Positions 53,648 to 64,000 of a stretch of 64,000 bases of DNA are shown piece by piece (within the stretch, counting starts at the first letter, position 1; every line of letters starts with the position of its first letter). The notes under the pieces were generated by a model. It was not told where the DNA came from, searched no databases, and was given only the letters and a program-made list of their open reading frames with translations. Made by a program: the position numbers and the translations under genes. The stretch is from Camelus dromedarius. Taxonomy: Eukaryota. Location: NCBI RefSeq assembly GCF_036321535.1, contig NC_087437.1, positions 50,346,001 to 50,410,000 of the forward strand. Reading direction: 5' to 3'.

Positions 53648-54234
53648 GTAAGTAATTTTTAAATTAATAAATAGGAGTTTCCTTTGAAATAGTAACTCTT
53701 TGGTAGTTGGTGATTTGTAGAAGAAAAAGTTTAAGTGTTAGTAGGCAAGGAATATACATTTGAAATATTTATCCTTTGATTCAGCACTGAGAATTTGTAG
53801 TTATCACTTCGTATGTATCTACTTTAGTTCTCTGGGTTTTTTCATGGGATTAAGGAAAGCCCTTTCTGCCTTGAAGTAAAGAAGATTTTACTAAGGAATA
53901 GAGCTTAAATTTATTTAATACCTTTTGAGATCTCAATTCTTCCATAAAAGAGTTTCCATCTTTACTGGCAATTTGGTTATGCCTCCTAAAAAAATACTCA
54001 CTTTGAAGGGTCATAAGCAAATGTGACATTTTACTCTTTAGAAGTAATATGTCATCTTCTGAGGTGCAGCCAGCTATTATTTATGCAATTTAAGATTGTA
54101 GCAGTCTTATTCTACATCTTAGTTTACCAAATTATTAACTGTATTTATTGACTTTTTTAGAATTTTGTTTTTGGTTTCTTAAATGTTATTTGGTATTGGT
54201 ATTTTTATTACGAGTATTAATTATGTTTCTACAG

Positions 54235-54410
54235 ATTAAAGAACATGACCTCTTCTTTAAAGCAGTCAGTCTCTGTCACACTGTGCAGATTAGCAATGTT
54301 CAGACTGATGGCATTGGCGATGGTCCCTGGCAATCCAACCTTGCACCTTCCCAGTTGGAATACTATGCATCTTCACCAGATGAAAAAGCTCTAGTGGAAG
54401 CTGCTGCAAG
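54235..54410 (+). CDS. ATP11B: ATP11B exon 14 (176 bp) IKEHDLFFKAVSLCHTV...YASSPDEKALVEAAAR
   Basis: tacag|ATT...CAAG|gtagtt; SPDE motif. Confidence 0.96.
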
Positions 54411-54697
54411 GTAGTTTGAGTCTAACTTTTAAATCTTCAGAAAAATACTTTTAAATAAAAAATGTGAAAATACTAGAAAATAATTTTAAATTATCAGACA
54501 AAATTCATAACACATTAAGGTATTTTATATGTGAATTTGAAATGTGTCATTAATTTTGTTGTTAAACTTGCATTAAGTCATATTTTGAAGCGATCTCTTT
54601 AAAAATCTGGTTAGTACAAAATAAGAATAATATAATTTGCGAGAAATACTTGTGTATGTATTGTTTTAGACCTACTCTGATCTTTCAAGTTCTCTCT

Positions 54698-54700
<3 letters not shown>

Positions 54701-54733
<33 letters not shown>

Positions 54734-55005
54734 AGAATAGAAAAGTTTATGCTGCCATAGACAATAGCGGGCCACACAGGCAAGAGGTGCCTGTGTGAGC
54801 CCTGAGGGTTGGTTGTTGGGGTCTTTTGTAAGGTAGGATCACAAGGTGCCTGATCTTGTACACAAGTCTCTAATTGGCTGTGGGTGAGGTGAGGAGTTTA
54901 GAGTCTGTGAAGGGCAGTGGTTGGGCTGAGACAAACCAGCCTGAGCTATTGTGAGATTAGGCATTACCTAGGGCTATTAGTTTGTTAGGGCGAACCCCAG
55001 TAATG
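54701..55005 (-). mobile_element. Polyadenylated LTR-like (U3-R) retrocopy
   Basis: T32 at 54701-54732; on minus strand CCAAT, TACAAAA, hairpin and CATAAA 13 nt before the tail; GC-richer than flanks. Confidence 0.55.
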
Positions 55006-55145
55006 GTTCTTAAAAATAATGCTATATTCAAAGGAAATACTTTAAAATACATCTTAAACTTATATTTTACATATTTTTATTCAAGCTAAGTTATATTGTG
55101 AAACATCCTTTAAATCGTAATACTTCTTCTTTTTTTGATCCCTAG

Positions 55146-55214
55146 ATTTGGCATTGTATTTATTGGCAGTTCTGAAGAAACTATGGAAGTTAAGACACTT
55201 GGAAAACTGGAACG
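55146..55214 (+). CDS. ATP11B: ATP11B exon 15 (69 bp) FGIVFIGSSEETMEVKTLGKLER
   Basis: cctag|ATTT...AACG|gtaatt. Confidence 0.93.
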
Positions 55215-55266
55215 GTAATTTTTTTCTTTATTGTAATTTTCTATATATTCATTATTTACTATAGAT

Positions 55267-55449
55267 CAAGAATCAGTAAAGCATACCCACAAGCCAAATC
55301 TGGCTTACAGTCTGTTTTTGTAGAGCCTACAAACTACATTACATTTTTAAAGTGTTTTCCCCCACCAAATGCAACAGAGACCATCTGTGGCCTTCAAAGC
55401 TTAAAATAGTTACTATCTAGCCCCTTTAAAAAAAGTTTACTGATCCTTG
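55267..55449. mobile_element. MER58-like hAT-Charlie MITE
   Basis: caagaatcagtaaa...tttactgatccttg TIRs; TSD ctatagat/ctctagaa fits NTCTAGAN. Confidence 0.75.
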
Positions 55450-55618
55450 CTCTAGAATGATGTCAATATAATATTGTATCTCATCAGAGTAATAACAATA
55501 TTATGCTCTGAGTCTTTCGTCTGCATTTTAGATGTTTCTCGAATTTATTGATGTGTTTATTTTTACCACTCTTGGAGTTATAAGTTTCATAAGTTTCTAC
55601 TCACTAAAAAACTTCCTT

Positions 55619-55671
55619 GGGGGAGAGTATAGCTCAAGTGCTAGAGCACACACTTAACGTGCATGAGGTCT
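55619..55671 (+). mobile_element. 5' half of the same tRNA-derived SINE (no B box or tail)
   Basis: ggggagagtatagctcaagtgctagagc...gcatgaggtc aligns to the heads of the SINEs at 2883 and 27296. Confidence 0.75.
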
Positions 55672-56184
55672 TTCCTGTAATTTTATCTTTTAGCCTTTAA
55701 AGAACTTCTCTCTTATTTCCAGTATTTCCACTGTGATAAACTAGTCCATTGTTATTATTCGTACCTTTCATGGTTTTATCAATTCTGACCACATCTCAGC
55801 TACATCTGTGCTTTTCCAAACTATGATTTTCTGAACTAATAGTGCCCAATCTTTGGCTTCTTTTATCTTGGAGCCTGCATAGCTCATTTTATCTACTTAT
55901 AAGCCATCATTCTACTCAGTGTTTTTCTTTGAGATGTACAAAACATGCCTTATGTACATGGTTGTATAAATTCATCCAGAAGACTTTTCAAGCCGTACCT
56001 AACCCATCTACACAGTCTTTTACAGCCCTTTAGAGAGGCATTTGTTCCCCCTACGTGCCCAGTCCTAGGTTCAGAATCACTGCTATAATGAGCCTCTGTT
56101 ACTAATTTGTTTGTATTTCTCAAGTATGTTTGGGCAGAAAAAAGGGTTGAGAATCAGTCACCTTTTTTAGTGAGGACAACATGG

Positions 56185-56390
56185 AGCTGGACTGATCTGG
56201 ATTCCAATCCTTGTGCTGCCACTCACAAGCTTATTTGACTTTAGGCAAATTAGTATATCTTTCTGAGTTTAGCAGTCCTTATCTGTAAAATGGTAGAAGA
56301 CCTACTGCGTTTGGTTTTCACGGATATTGACATAAGGTGTGTAAAGTACATACGGTATTTGGTGAGAACTTAATAAATGTCAGTTCCTTC
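56185..56390. mobile_element. MIR SINE (opposite orientation to 44275)
   Basis: tgactttaggcaaatta...cttatctgtaaaatgg...tgtaaagtac. Confidence 0.7.
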
Positions 56391-56558
56391 TTTTTCTATC
56401 TTGTATTTTTATTAAAGACTCATAATCCATCATCTTGAGAAACGTAGTTGAGATTAATTTCTTGTTCTGAATTAACCATTTTATCTATAGGGATTCTTTC
56501 CAAATACTCACTTATTCAAAAAGTAAAGATTTTGCCTTTCTTATTTTTTCTCCCTTAG

Positions 56559-56632
56559 GTACAAACTGCTTCATGTTCTGGAATTTGATTCAGATCGTAG
56601 AAGAATGAGTGTAATTGTTCAGGCACCTTCAG
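56559..56632 (+). CDS. ATP11B: ATP11B exon 16 (74 bp) YKLLHVLEFDSDRRRMSVIVQAPS
   Basis: cttag|GTAC...TCAG|gtaacc; EFDSDRRRMSVIV motif. Confidence 0.95.
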
Positions 56633-56705
56633 GTAACCAATCTAAACTTTTATGAATTTTTTTGTATCTAATTTTAAGAGCTTAATAACTCATTTTTCTT
56701 TTTAG

Positions 56706-56809
56706 GTGAGAAGCTTTTATTTGTTAAAGGAGCTGAATCATCGATTCTCCCTGAATGTATAGGTGGAGAAATAGAAAAAACCAGAATTCATGTAGATGAA
56801 TTTGCTTTG
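56706..56809 (+). CDS. ATP11B: ATP11B exon 17 (104 bp) GEKLLFVKGAESSILPECIGGEIEKTRIHVDEFAL
   Basis: tttag|GT...TTG|gtgagt; KGAE motif. Confidence 0.95.
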
Positions 56810-57059
56810 GTGAGTGCAAATTCTCTTACTTAAAAAACTCTCAGAAAGATTTGGGATTTCATTTTTTCATTAACGTTTTATCAAAAATTATAGAAATTCT
56901 ACAGTTCTATTACATTATGTGTTGGCTCCTCATTGTTTGGTTAAAAATTGATTTTTAACCTGCTAAAATATGTCTTCTCTTTGAACCCATTACAGTCAGA
57001 GCCCTTACGACTGCAAGGACCAGTCCCAATTGCTATATTAAAAAGGGAGATTTACAAAA

Positions 57060-57711
57060 ATCCCACAGACATAGAGAAACTAGAACACCCATTCATTGCT
57101 GGTGGGACTATAAATGCTACAGCCACTTTAGAAAATAGTTTGACAGTTTCTCATAGAACATAGAGTAATACAGAGTTACTATATGACCCAGTAGTTTCAC
57201 TCCTAAGTACACACCTGAGAGTTGAAAACATATGTCCATACAAAAACTTGTGGCCAGATGTTCTTAGCAGCATTATTCCTAATAGCCAAAAAGTGGAAAC
57301 ACCCAAATGTTCATCAACTGATGAATGGATTTAACAGTCTTATAGCTATATAGTGGAATGTTATTTGGCCATTAAAAGAAATGAAGTATTGATATATGTT
57401 GCATCATAGGTGAACCTTGGAAAGATTGCTAAGTGAAAGAAGCTAGTCACAAAAGGCCATTATTTCCATTTGTATGAAATACCCAGAAGAAGCAAATTCA
57501 TAGGGCCAGAAAGCAGATTAGTGGTTGCCAGGAGCTGGAGGAAGGGGTCAAAGGGAAGTGTATGCTAATAGATATGGGATTCCTTTAGCAAGTGATGAAA
57601 ATGTCTGGAATTATATAGGAATAATGACTGCACAACTTTTGAGTACACTGAAAACCACTAAATATATACTCTTAAAAGGAGTGAATTTTATGATATATGA
57701 ATTATGTCCTT
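57060..57711 (+). mobile_element. Old L1 (L1MB/MC-type) 3' end; host of the young inverted L1
   Basis: attcattgctggtggga, atatgacccag, cagcattattcctaatagccaaaaagtggaaac. Confidence 0.8.
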
Positions 57712-58366
57712 TTTTTTAAAGTAGAAATCCGATTTATTTATTTATTTATTTTTAACTTTTTTTTTGATTTATAATCATTTTACAATGTTGTGTCAAATTC
57801 CAGTGTAGAGCACAATTTTTCAATTATACATGAACATACATATATTCATTGTCACATTCCTTTCTCTGTGAGCTACCATAAGATCTTGTATGTATTTCCC
57901 TGTGCTATACAGTATAATCTTCTTTATTCTACAGTTTTGAAATCCCAGTCTATCTCTTCCCACCCCCCACCCTCTTGGCAACCACAAGTCTGTATTCTAT
58001 GTCTATGAGTCTATTTCTGTTCTGTATTTATGCTTTGTTTGTTTGTTTGTTTTTAGATTCCACATATGAGCGATCTCATATGGTATTTTTCTTTCTCTTT
58101 CTGGCTTACTTCACTTAGAATGACATTCTCCAGGAGCATCCATGTTGCTGCAAATGGTGTTATGTTGTCAGTTTTTATGGCTGAGTAGTATTCCATTGTA
58201 TAAATATACCACACCTTCTTTATCCAGTCACCTGTTGATGGACATTTAGGCTGTTTCCATGTCTTGGCTATTATAAATAATGCTGCTATGAACATTGGGG
58301 TGCAGGTGTCATCCTGAAGTAGACTTACTATATGACCCAGGAATCCCACTCCTAGGCTTATATCCA
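57712..58366 (-). mobile_element. 5'-truncated, 5'-inverted L1 of the same young family as 29042-36121
   Basis: Highly similar to 29045-29690; TSD gaattatgtcctt 57699-57711 / 58367-58379; inverted piece ~58320-58367. Confidence 0.92.
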
Positions 58367-59552
58367 GAATTATGTCCTTCTTAATGAAAGAATATAGAAG
58401 AATCTGGTAATCTCACAAAAACAAAATGCCACAGTTTATGTGAAGAGGAAAATTATTAAGCAGTTCTCTCAGTCTTAGGGCTTCATAATCTCTCATTTCT
58501 GAATTTCTGAAATGTATGCTCCATACTTACCACTGCTCACCTGCCTCCTTTACTTATGGTTTCTTTTCTCCCATTACTTGTCTCTTAATTGTTTATGGTC
58601 TATATCATTTTAGTATCCGGAAGAAAGCTGACATGTAGTTGTCACTCAGTAATTGTTTGTTGTAGAATGAATTGATTAATTTCATACATTAATAACTCTC
58701 ATGGTCCTTTAACTATTTATTTAAGAAAAATAGGTGTTCGTAAGTTGGATCACTTGTAAATAAAGGAATGCCAGTACTTAGAAATCTTCTAAATAGTGTC
58801 ATACAGTATTTTAAAACCTACCCTTTCCAAGTTCTGTTATTAGAACATTTATTTTAGGTTTTTCTGAGGAAAATGTGTTTTAGGGAAAAGAACTTTCATA
58901 AGCTTTCAGATTTGGATGTCAACTTTCAGATATTCACACCATAAGGAAAATTTGCACCCAGTAGAATCAGATAATCAAGTATGTATTCCTAAGTTTTGTG
59001 TAATTCCAGTTCACTAGTAAAGATGTTATAATATAATTTAAAATCATTCATTCAGTGACTTTAGAAAGTATTGTTGATAATGTCCACCTTACAGGCTTCT
59101 TTATTTAAATTGTGAATTTGTCGTACCATAAACCCTCAGGATATTATAGTCCCCTTTGCTTAAAAAAATTCTTACAAAGTAGATAAAAATGAGCTTGCAG
59201 TGATTAAAACAGGAGAGTAGAACCTGGGGCTGCCTATCTCTTGGCAATCCTGAAGGTACCACTGTGGAACTTTCTGGCTTTCCAGGTAGAACAGTTTTAA
59301 AATCACAGATAGATTGTCTTTATGATCCTGTCTAGGCGCTAATATTCTACAATTCAGAAATCTTAATTATTTTGAGCAACTTTTTAAGAACTCATCAGAA
59401 ATTGGAAGAGCTATGATATGTGACCCATAACTTAGATGACTAGGGTTTTATGATGGTTTATGTATTTCCTATCACTAGATAATAGTACTTTTTTTCAATT
59501 GACTTTTGGTAATAGGGTCCTCAGTTTGTTTCAGTGACTTCCTGGTTCCCCG

Positions 59553-59616
59553 TTAGTAAGTTTTGTTCAATTTTTGTCTTTAATTTAGTAAGTTTTGTTC
59601 AATTTTTGTCTTTAAT
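59553..59616. repeat. Perfect 32-bp tandem duplication upstream of exon 18
   Basis: ttagtaagttttgttcaatttttgtctttaat x2. Confidence 0.92.
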
Positions 59617-59628
59617 TTTTCTTTTCAG

Positions 59629-59810
59629 AAAGGGCTAAGAACTCTATGTATGGCCTATAGACAGTTTACATCTAAAGAGTATGAGGAAATAGATAGACGC
59701 CTGTTTGAAGCCAGGACTGCCTTGCAGCAGCGGGAAGAGAAATTGGCAGATGTCTTCCAGTTCATAGAGAAAGACCTGATATTACTGGGAGCTACTGCAG
59801 TAGAAGACAA
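59629..59810 (+). CDS. ATP11B: ATP11B exon 18 (182 bp) KGLRTLCMAYRQF...LLGATAVEDK
   Basis: ttcag|AAA...ACAA|gtaagt; GLRTL and LLGATAVED motifs. Confidence 0.96.
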
Positions 59811-61028
59811 GTAAGTACCAGATAAGCAGGCAATGTCATTTTTTTCTCATAAGAATTTTTCTAGCTAGGTGTTTTGAATTTGACAGATTCCATTTATTAA
59901 CATTTTATAATGACAACATATTTAAAATAAAAATAGAGTTAAATCCTTAATTTTTCCCAGTCCATATATACAATTTTTATTCTAGCCAGACATCTGAAAT
60001 TGTTGAAAGAATCCAGCTGTGTATAGTTGTGCTCCTCAGTGTGCTGTACAGAGACTTGAAACACCTGCCTAGTCCTCACTCACCTCCTACCACTGCCCAC
60101 TTCCTCTTTACATTTTCAGCAGTGCCAAACTGTCTATAGTGCCCCTCTGAACAACAACTATAGTTAAAACTATTGTATTTTGTGCCTTTGTTCTCTGGCA
60201 AAGCTGTGCCTTCTGCCTGGATCATTCTTCCCTTATCCATTTGTGAATACCTATTCATAAAATTTACTCCATATAGTACCCCTATTTCAGGAAGACCTTT
60301 CCTAGCCCATAATAGATTAAAAATTCTCTTCATTGTTAAGTCTGTGTTGTAAGTAGTTCTGTTCTTGTCCTTTTAACAGTATAATTATTTATTTAAAGAC
60401 TTTTTTCCTCTGTTAGCCTGTGAATTTCTTGAGGTCTGTTTATTCTTTGCCTTTGTTCCCCAGCATCACTCCCAATGTGTGTTTCATAGTTTCTTGAACT
60501 AAATTGAATTCTACAAATTAAGCCTATTGTTATATTTTTCTCTATCCCCTGGATCTAAGGGTGCTTGCATTTTACAAAATCTAGGACAACTTTTCAGTTG
60601 TCCTCATGAGGTTTCTGACTCAACTGAGGTTTTATAGTTCTTTATTGTCCATGGTCTGATTTTTGAACTACTGAGATGAGAGATTTTCTTATCAGAAAAA
60701 AAAAAAAAAGAGAAATCTTCTAATTTGAAACTTAAGACTTTCTACTAAAATAAGAGTTTGTAAAGACTATATAGTTAGTTGGTTCTATAAAAATCAACTT
60801 TGAAGATACACTCTTAAAATCTGAAGTTGTACATTTTATGTTAGTCAATCACCAATCTGGTTATTCCTATTTCTTCCCTAATGGGGAAAAAAATTTTCAG
60901 TTATATTATTGTACTATAATATTCCCAAGTTAAGGAGTCCAGAACTCCTTACTTACTTGTACTATGTGCTTTATACTTAAAATGCAGTCAAAAAAGTATT
61001 CTCTACTACTAATTTTGTTTATTTTCAG

Positions 61029-61232
61029 ACTACAAGATAAAGTTCGAGAAACGATTGAAGCATTGAGAATGGCTGGTATCAAAGTATGGGTACTTACTGG
61101 AGATAAACATGAGACAGCTGTTAGTGTGAGTTTATCATGTGGACATTTTCACAGAACCATGAACATCCTTGAACTTATAAACCAGAAATCAGACAGTGAA
61201 TGTGCTGAACAATTGAGACAGCTTGCCAGAAG
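61029..61232 (+). CDS. ATP11B: ATP11B exon 19 (204 bp) LQDKVRETIEALRMAGIKVWVLTGDKHETA...QLARR
   Basis: ttcag|ACTA...GAAG|gtaaga; VWVLTGDK motif. Confidence 0.96.
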
Positions 61233-61261
61233 GTAAGAATAATTATCCAGATCATGGAGTT

Positions 61262-62153
61262 CAGGGGGCGGCAAGCTATGGCCCATGGTCCCAAATATGG
61301 CCCACTGCCCTTTGTTTACAGCCTATGAGCTTAAAATAATTTTTACACTTTTTGATGAATGAAAAAGAATTCAAAGAAGAGTAATATTTTGTGATGTGAA
61401 ATTTATATGAAATTCAAAGTTCAATGCCTGTAAACAAAGTTTTATTGGAACAAAGCCACATTTGTTTATATATCATCAGGGAAGGCTTTTGCACTATAAC
61501 AGCACAGTTGAGTAATTGCAACAGAGACCTTATGAACACTTTTATTATTTCTCACTGCTGCTTGATACATTACAAATTACAGCGACACAGTTATAACTTG
61601 TTTTGAGTGCCACACATATTGCCATATGACTGACATTTTAGGATATTTTTATTACCAGTATTTACTTATCATGTGCAAGCATGAAAAGAAAAATGGACTT
61701 TTAATGTCATGTTCTTGAGGCACAGTGGAGTGTTGATTATTTTATTATCAAATTAGATGGCAAAGCATTTTGTTTATTATTCAGTGATAATATGCTTTAA
61801 TATGCTACCTCTTTGAAAGACAATCAAAAATGAAATATAAAGTCTCATTACAGATCAGCATTAACAGATGGTCATTTGCAATTGATTTTGATGATAAGGA
61901 AGAGAAATTAACTTTAAACCCCAGTTAATCAAAATGTTCTTCCCTCTACATAAAAAAGATTTCTGTTTTCATTAGTAGATTTCTATTATTTTAAAAACTT
62001 ATACTTATTCTTACTATATTTTTTACTTGAAAAAGTTTGTTTCCTCTTTTATAGTGTAAGTGCCTACCTAATACCCTCAATTTTAGCCTCTTAGCTCTCA
62101 AAACTTGAAATATTTACTTCTGACACTTTACTGAAAACATGTGCCAACCCCTG
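61262..62153 (+). mobile_element. Charlie1-like hAT DNA transposon remnant
   Basis: cagggggcggca...tgccaacccctg TIRs; 8-bp TSD atggagtt/atacagtt (6/8); decayed transposase N-terminus ~61680. Confidence 0.75.
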
Positions 62154-62864
62154 ATACAGTTCACATGGCCGAACTGGGAAATTAATCTACATTTTACTGT
62201 TCAAAGAAAATTTCATAAGCATTTATTATCTTAATTCTCTTTTTCTCTGAATCTTCTTTTTATAGGGAGAGCAGTCTTATCTAGGAGCCCCCCATTTAAC
62301 AGAGTCTAATTTTTCACAGTAAATTAGGAGTGCTTCAATGTAAGCATCAGGGTTGCTTGTATGTAGGCACCTTAGATGTCCTGTAGGTTCCTGTCTTTGC
62401 AGTCTTATGACATTAACGCAGAAAAAAACCCAAAAAGACAATACCAGAGTTCTCAATGTACATTCAGAGCTTTATTTACATTTATTATGCAGGCATTGAT
62501 GTGGTGTTAAACTCTGGATTTCATCAAAGAAAAACTTATTTGAAGAATGTCTTAAAGAGACATTACAACTCTGAGAGGAGTATTTGCTTGAGTTCATAAA
62601 GGTGATTTATCTAGATTATTATACTACAGTTTTGGAGCAGTGTCATCACTGTTGTGGCTACTTAAAATTTTAAGTATGATAATGTCAGGAACTCCCTAAA
62701 ACATAGGCATTAATTGCTGAGAATTATTTACTTTATATGTGCCTTTTAAAATACTATTCCTGATTATAAAAATAATGTTCATTTAAAAATACTGACAGTT
62801 ATAAAGAAGATATGATGCTTAATGATATAATACAACCATCTAAAGATAATTATTATTTATGTAT

Positions 62865-63065
62865 ATTTTTTAATTGAAGTGTAGTCAGTTTACAATGTGT
62901 CCATTTCTGGTGTACAGCACAGTACTTCGGTCATATAGAAACATACATATAAAAAAAAGAAACATACATATATTCATTTTCATATTCTTTTTCACCATAA
63001 GTTACTAAAAGATATTGAATATAATTCCTGTGCTATACAGTATAAACTTGTATATCTATTTTATG
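62865..63065 (-). mobile_element. Short L1 3' end
   Basis: ttttaattgaagtgtagtcagtttacaatg...tgtgctatacagta. Confidence 0.75.
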
Positions 63066-64000
63066 TATATTTACATATTTTAGAATTTTTTTTAATCTTC
63101 TGTATGTGTGCTTTTAGTGAGTGTTAAGATCATGGATATTGTTCATTTCTCTTTTTGTGCAAAAGCTGTATTATAAATTGAGGGTTGTATCTTAAAATGA
63201 ATTTTAGGCTTGCTATGTGAAATTTATATTATATTTTAGAGATACCATCTTTTTGGTGGAATGTGTTTTCTGAGTTATACACGTAAGTCAATTGGATTCT
63301 TATTTACAGACTTTTCAGGAAGTTATCTAGTCTAAAAATCTTGGGTAGAGGAAAGAATTCCTTACCTTTGAAAGCTTAGTATGTATATCCATTCCTCCAC
63401 AAGCATTATTAATTGTCACCTATCTAGGCATTCAGAACGGAGTCATATGAAATGTATTGTTTACTCTCAGAATACTTACAGTGTGTAGGAAAAATAGAAG
63501 TAAATATATTGTATAGACTTCTCACAACTGAGGCAAGAACAGAGGGCTGTCAGTGGATAGAAGAAGGAAGCTTAGCCTACACAGCTAAGCTCTACCTCTA
63601 TGGAAGAATTCATGACTGTTGTCTCCTGAGATGAAATGTGAACTGGTCAGAGAGTAACACCAAGAAGCAAAGGGAACAGTGTATGCAAATTCCCAGAGCT
63701 GAGAAAAAGACTCATTTGATGACTTGATAGTAGTTAAGTATAACTAGAGAATGGATAGATGGGAACAGGTGTGGGAAGTATTGAGACATGAAGCTACAGA
63801 GATGAGCAGTTGCTACCTAGTAGGTGCTAGAACTGTGAGGTGTTTTTCCATATTTCATAACTATCTAAATACCAGTTCATTGCAAAATTGATTATCATCT
63901 GTTTTACTCATCATACTAGTCTCAGTTCTGCTTAATCTTAACTTTCAGGTAATACAACTTAGTTCTTCCTTGAGATACTAGTTTTGTAACAGTGAAGTCT

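Noticed and set aside
60931..60951. Hairpin taaggagt/actcctta upstream of exon 19
   Set aside because: An 8-bp stem is expected by chance at this window size
62266..62335. Extra coding exon after exon 19 (tatag|ggagagc)
   Set aside because: In the required phase it reaches TAG within six codons and has no strong donor

Overview
Mammalian genomic DNA, most likely camelid (alpaca/llama/camel) judging by the vic-1-like tRNA-derived SINEs. The window lies inside the + strand P4-ATPase phospholipid flippase gene ATP11B. Eighteen coding exons (inferred exons 2-19, 15834-61232) splice with canonical GT-AG boundaries into one open frame carrying the DGET, PISL, DKTGT, KGAE and TGDK motifs. Exon 1 and exons 20+ are outside the window. 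The introns are repeat-dense: a full-length ~7.1 kb antisense LINE-1 with a 13-bp TSD, two twin-primed (5'-inverted) L1s, many older L1/L2/MIR pieces, Tigger/Charlie DNA transposons and three SINEs. I see no convincing wholly new system. The most unusual content is a set of atypical L1-mediated insertions: a polyadenylated LTR-like U3-R retrocopy with a hairpin at its predicted start site, a SINE/L1-tail chimera, an orphan 3'UTR retrocopy, a micro 3' transduction and a poly(A)-only insertion. Repeat subfamily names and exon numbering come from recall, not database searches.
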